From NCBI GenBank assembly GCA_951406725.2, contig OX597836.1, forward strand, positions 15,128,001-15,192,000: a DNA stretch of 64,000 bases, written 5' to 3'. The position numbers were made by a program, and so were the translations under genes. Positions 62,601 to 64,000 of this stretch are shown here, piece by piece. The stretch's first letter is position 1, and the number at the start of each line of letters is the position of its first letter. Source of the stretch: Octopus vulgaris (lineage: Eukaryota). Under the pieces are notes generated by a model. It did no database searches and was not told the origin of the DNA. It saw only the letters and a list, made by a program, of their open reading frames with translations.

Positions 62601-63621
62601 CGGATCTCTTGTATTTCACCCAATTTTGGAGAAATAGCTGGGGTAAGTCCGATTCTTGTCTTTGCAGAGAGAAGTTTAAAGTTGAACATGAGCCTCCCCC
62701 TTATGACTGTAAAGATCACGACCTGTTCTCTACCCCATTTAAAAATAATAATAATAATGAAATTATTGTATACAGGCGTAGGAGTGGCTGTGTGGTAAGT
62801 AGCTTGTTTACCAACCACATGGTTCCGGGTTCAGTCCCACTGCGTGACACCTTGGGCAAGTGTCTTCTACTATAGCCTCGGGCCGACCAAAGCCCTTGTG
62901 AGTGGATTTGGTAGACGGAAACTGAAAGAAGCCCGTCGTATATATATGTATATATATATATATGTGTGTCTGTGTTTGTCCCCCCAACATCACTTGACAA
63001 CCGATGCTGGTGTGTTTACGTCACCGTAACTTAGCGGTTCAGCAAAAGAGACCAATAGAATAAGTACTAGGCTTACAAAGAATAAGTCCCGGGGTCGATT
63101 TGCTGTGCTGTTTTCTGACTTTGAAAAGGTGCTCAGAGTTTAAGGGCTCCAACTTGTTTTAGGAAGGGTTCTGCAACAGATATACAGAACATGGCCTCGC
63201 ACCCACTGAGTAGTTGGCATTAGGAAGGGCATCCAGCTGTAGAAACACTGCCAGATCAGACTGGGCCTGGTGCAGCCTCCTGGCTTCCCAGACCCCAGTC
63301 GAACCGTCCAACCCATGCTAGCATGGAAAGCGGACGTTAAACGATGATGATGATGATGCTGATGTAACTTAGCGGTTCAGCAAAATAGACAGAATGGGTA
63401 CTGGGCATTGATTTGTTTGATTGAAAATCCATTGAAGGCAGTGCACCAGCTTGGCCACAACCCAACGAGTTTCTTAATTCTATCTAATCTCTCTATCTCT
63501 TCCTTCTCGATTCTACCTCATCTTTTTTTTTCTTTTTTAGTTGGATCATAGCAAAAACACCCTTGCTTATGCTGGAAGTAATTGTTGCGTTGAGATTTGG
63601 AAACCAAAACCACAACTTTAG
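55942..63621 (+). CDS. FBXW9: F-box/WD40 repeat protein (FBXW9-like), 8 coding exons: 55942-56263, 56855-57000, 58410-58538, 60360-60472, 61114-61348, 61460-61573, 62466-62642, 63541-63621 (1317 nt, 438 aa)
   Basis: F-box LETLPYELLLLVFNYVD..VCQKF; WD repeats GSRDHSL, HKGWVWCL, SGCWDSNIRLWD, TGSEDSQICVFDRKAG. All introns are GT-AG with consistent phases, ending at a TAG with AATAAA at about 63666. Orthologue assigned from motif recall. Confidence 0.85.
56435..56815. repeat. Intronic minisatellite, 42-48-bp unit, about 8 copies
   Basis: atatttctctataaatgtgtgtgtatatagatacaaatatgtgtat in tandem. Confidence 0.9.
56855..57000 (+). CDS. FBXW9: FBXW9-like coding exon 2
   Basis: tcag| acceptor, DLSEDFDWQEAC...DSVHFLK, aag|gtgatc donor. 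Confidence 0.8.
58410..58538 (+). CDS. FBXW9: FBXW9-like coding exon 3
   Basis: ttccag| acceptor, GSQVLLVGSRDHSL...CHK, aag|gtatgt donor. Confidence 0.85.
58640..59030 (-). mobile_element. SINE family B, tandem (intronic)
   Basis: Two core units. Confidence 0.75.
59690..59980 (+). mobile_element. SINE with family C head and a different tail
   Basis: Same tRNA-like head; related heads at 17555-17845 (+) and 23965-24205 (-). Confidence 0.7.
60360..60472 (+). CDS. FBXW9: FBXW9-like coding exon 4
   Basis: ttacag| acceptor, GWVWCL...WDSNIRLWD, cag|gtaggg donor. Confidence 0.88.
61114..61348 (+). CDS. FBXW9: FBXW9-like coding exon 5
   Basis: tttcag| acceptor, AVLDI...TGSEDSQICVFDRKAG, gct|gtgagt donor. 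Confidence 0.88.
61460..61573 (+). CDS. FBXW9: FBXW9-like coding exon 6
   Basis: ttccag| acceptor, YPMCL...LWVGDHVGKIHLFD, atg|gtgagt donor. Confidence 0.87.
61640..62020 (+). mobile_element. SINE family A (intronic)
   Basis: Family match. Confidence 0.85.
62466..62642 (+). CDS. FBXW9: FBXW9-like coding exon 7
   Basis: ttttag| acceptor, KLTTIRHSMGALFTSS...IMEPT, ggg|gtaagt donor. Confidence 0.82.
62773..63105 (+). mobile_element. SINE family A (intronic, 3'-truncated)
   Basis: Family match. Confidence 0.8.
63541..63621 (+). CDS. FBXW9: FBXW9-like terminal coding exon
   Basis: Long polypyrimidine tract plus tag acceptor, LDHSKNTLAYAGSNCCVEIWKPK, stop, then AATAAA. Confidence 0.8.
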   Translation: MDHSKNTLAYAGSNCCVEIWKPKPQL

Positions 63622-64000
63622 CTTTTTTTTTTATTATTATCATTATTATTATTTTTGTCTATGTAAATAAATTTAAACATGTTTGTTTTGTTTTCCATAC
63701 TGCTCAACATTATTGCTTTTATTTGGAACTGGATTATAACATTATTGCTTTTATTTGGAACTGGATTACTTGCACACAAGCAAGAAGCAGTAGGTGAAGT
63801 CGTGGTTGGATTTCTATGTAGGAAGAGTCAACCTAAACCTTTTGGGTGGATTTGGCAGATGGAAACTCATAGAGGCATTAAGGTCGAAATCAATATTTCT
63901 CAAACCCCTTTTTAACCTGTGAACCTCCCTTTGATCCTTATTTTACTTGGATGTACCCACCTAGCCATCTGATGTTTAAAAAACCATATTATATTTTTAG

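Overview
This is eukaryotic, AT-rich DNA dense in microsatellites and SINEs. The repeat families point to an octopus (inference). It holds four protein-coding genes: intronless UNC50 (-), RTRAF/C14orf166 (+) and NTPCR (-), and an 8-coding-exon FBXW9-like F-box/WD40 gene (+, 438 aa). The rest is mostly transposon-derived: three tRNA-derived SINE families, decayed RTE, CR1 and HERO-like LINE pieces, a Tc1 fragment, mariner/piggyBac/hAT MITEs, non-autonomous Helitrons, fold-back elements, minisatellites and a 5'-truncated 5S rRNA copy. The most interesting signal is RNA structure. (1) A non-circularly permuted, pseudoknotted hammerhead-like motif lies in the 3' UTR of a HERO-like retrotransposon remnant (41889-42001, -). 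(2) Several unrelated short (TA)n-associated, fold-back-prone elements each carry a Penelope-type minimal hammerhead, including one with a perfect core (20498-20558, -) and two families with the compensatory U3-A8 core. All structures were paired by eye and none was computed or tested. Most repeat boundaries are approximate.
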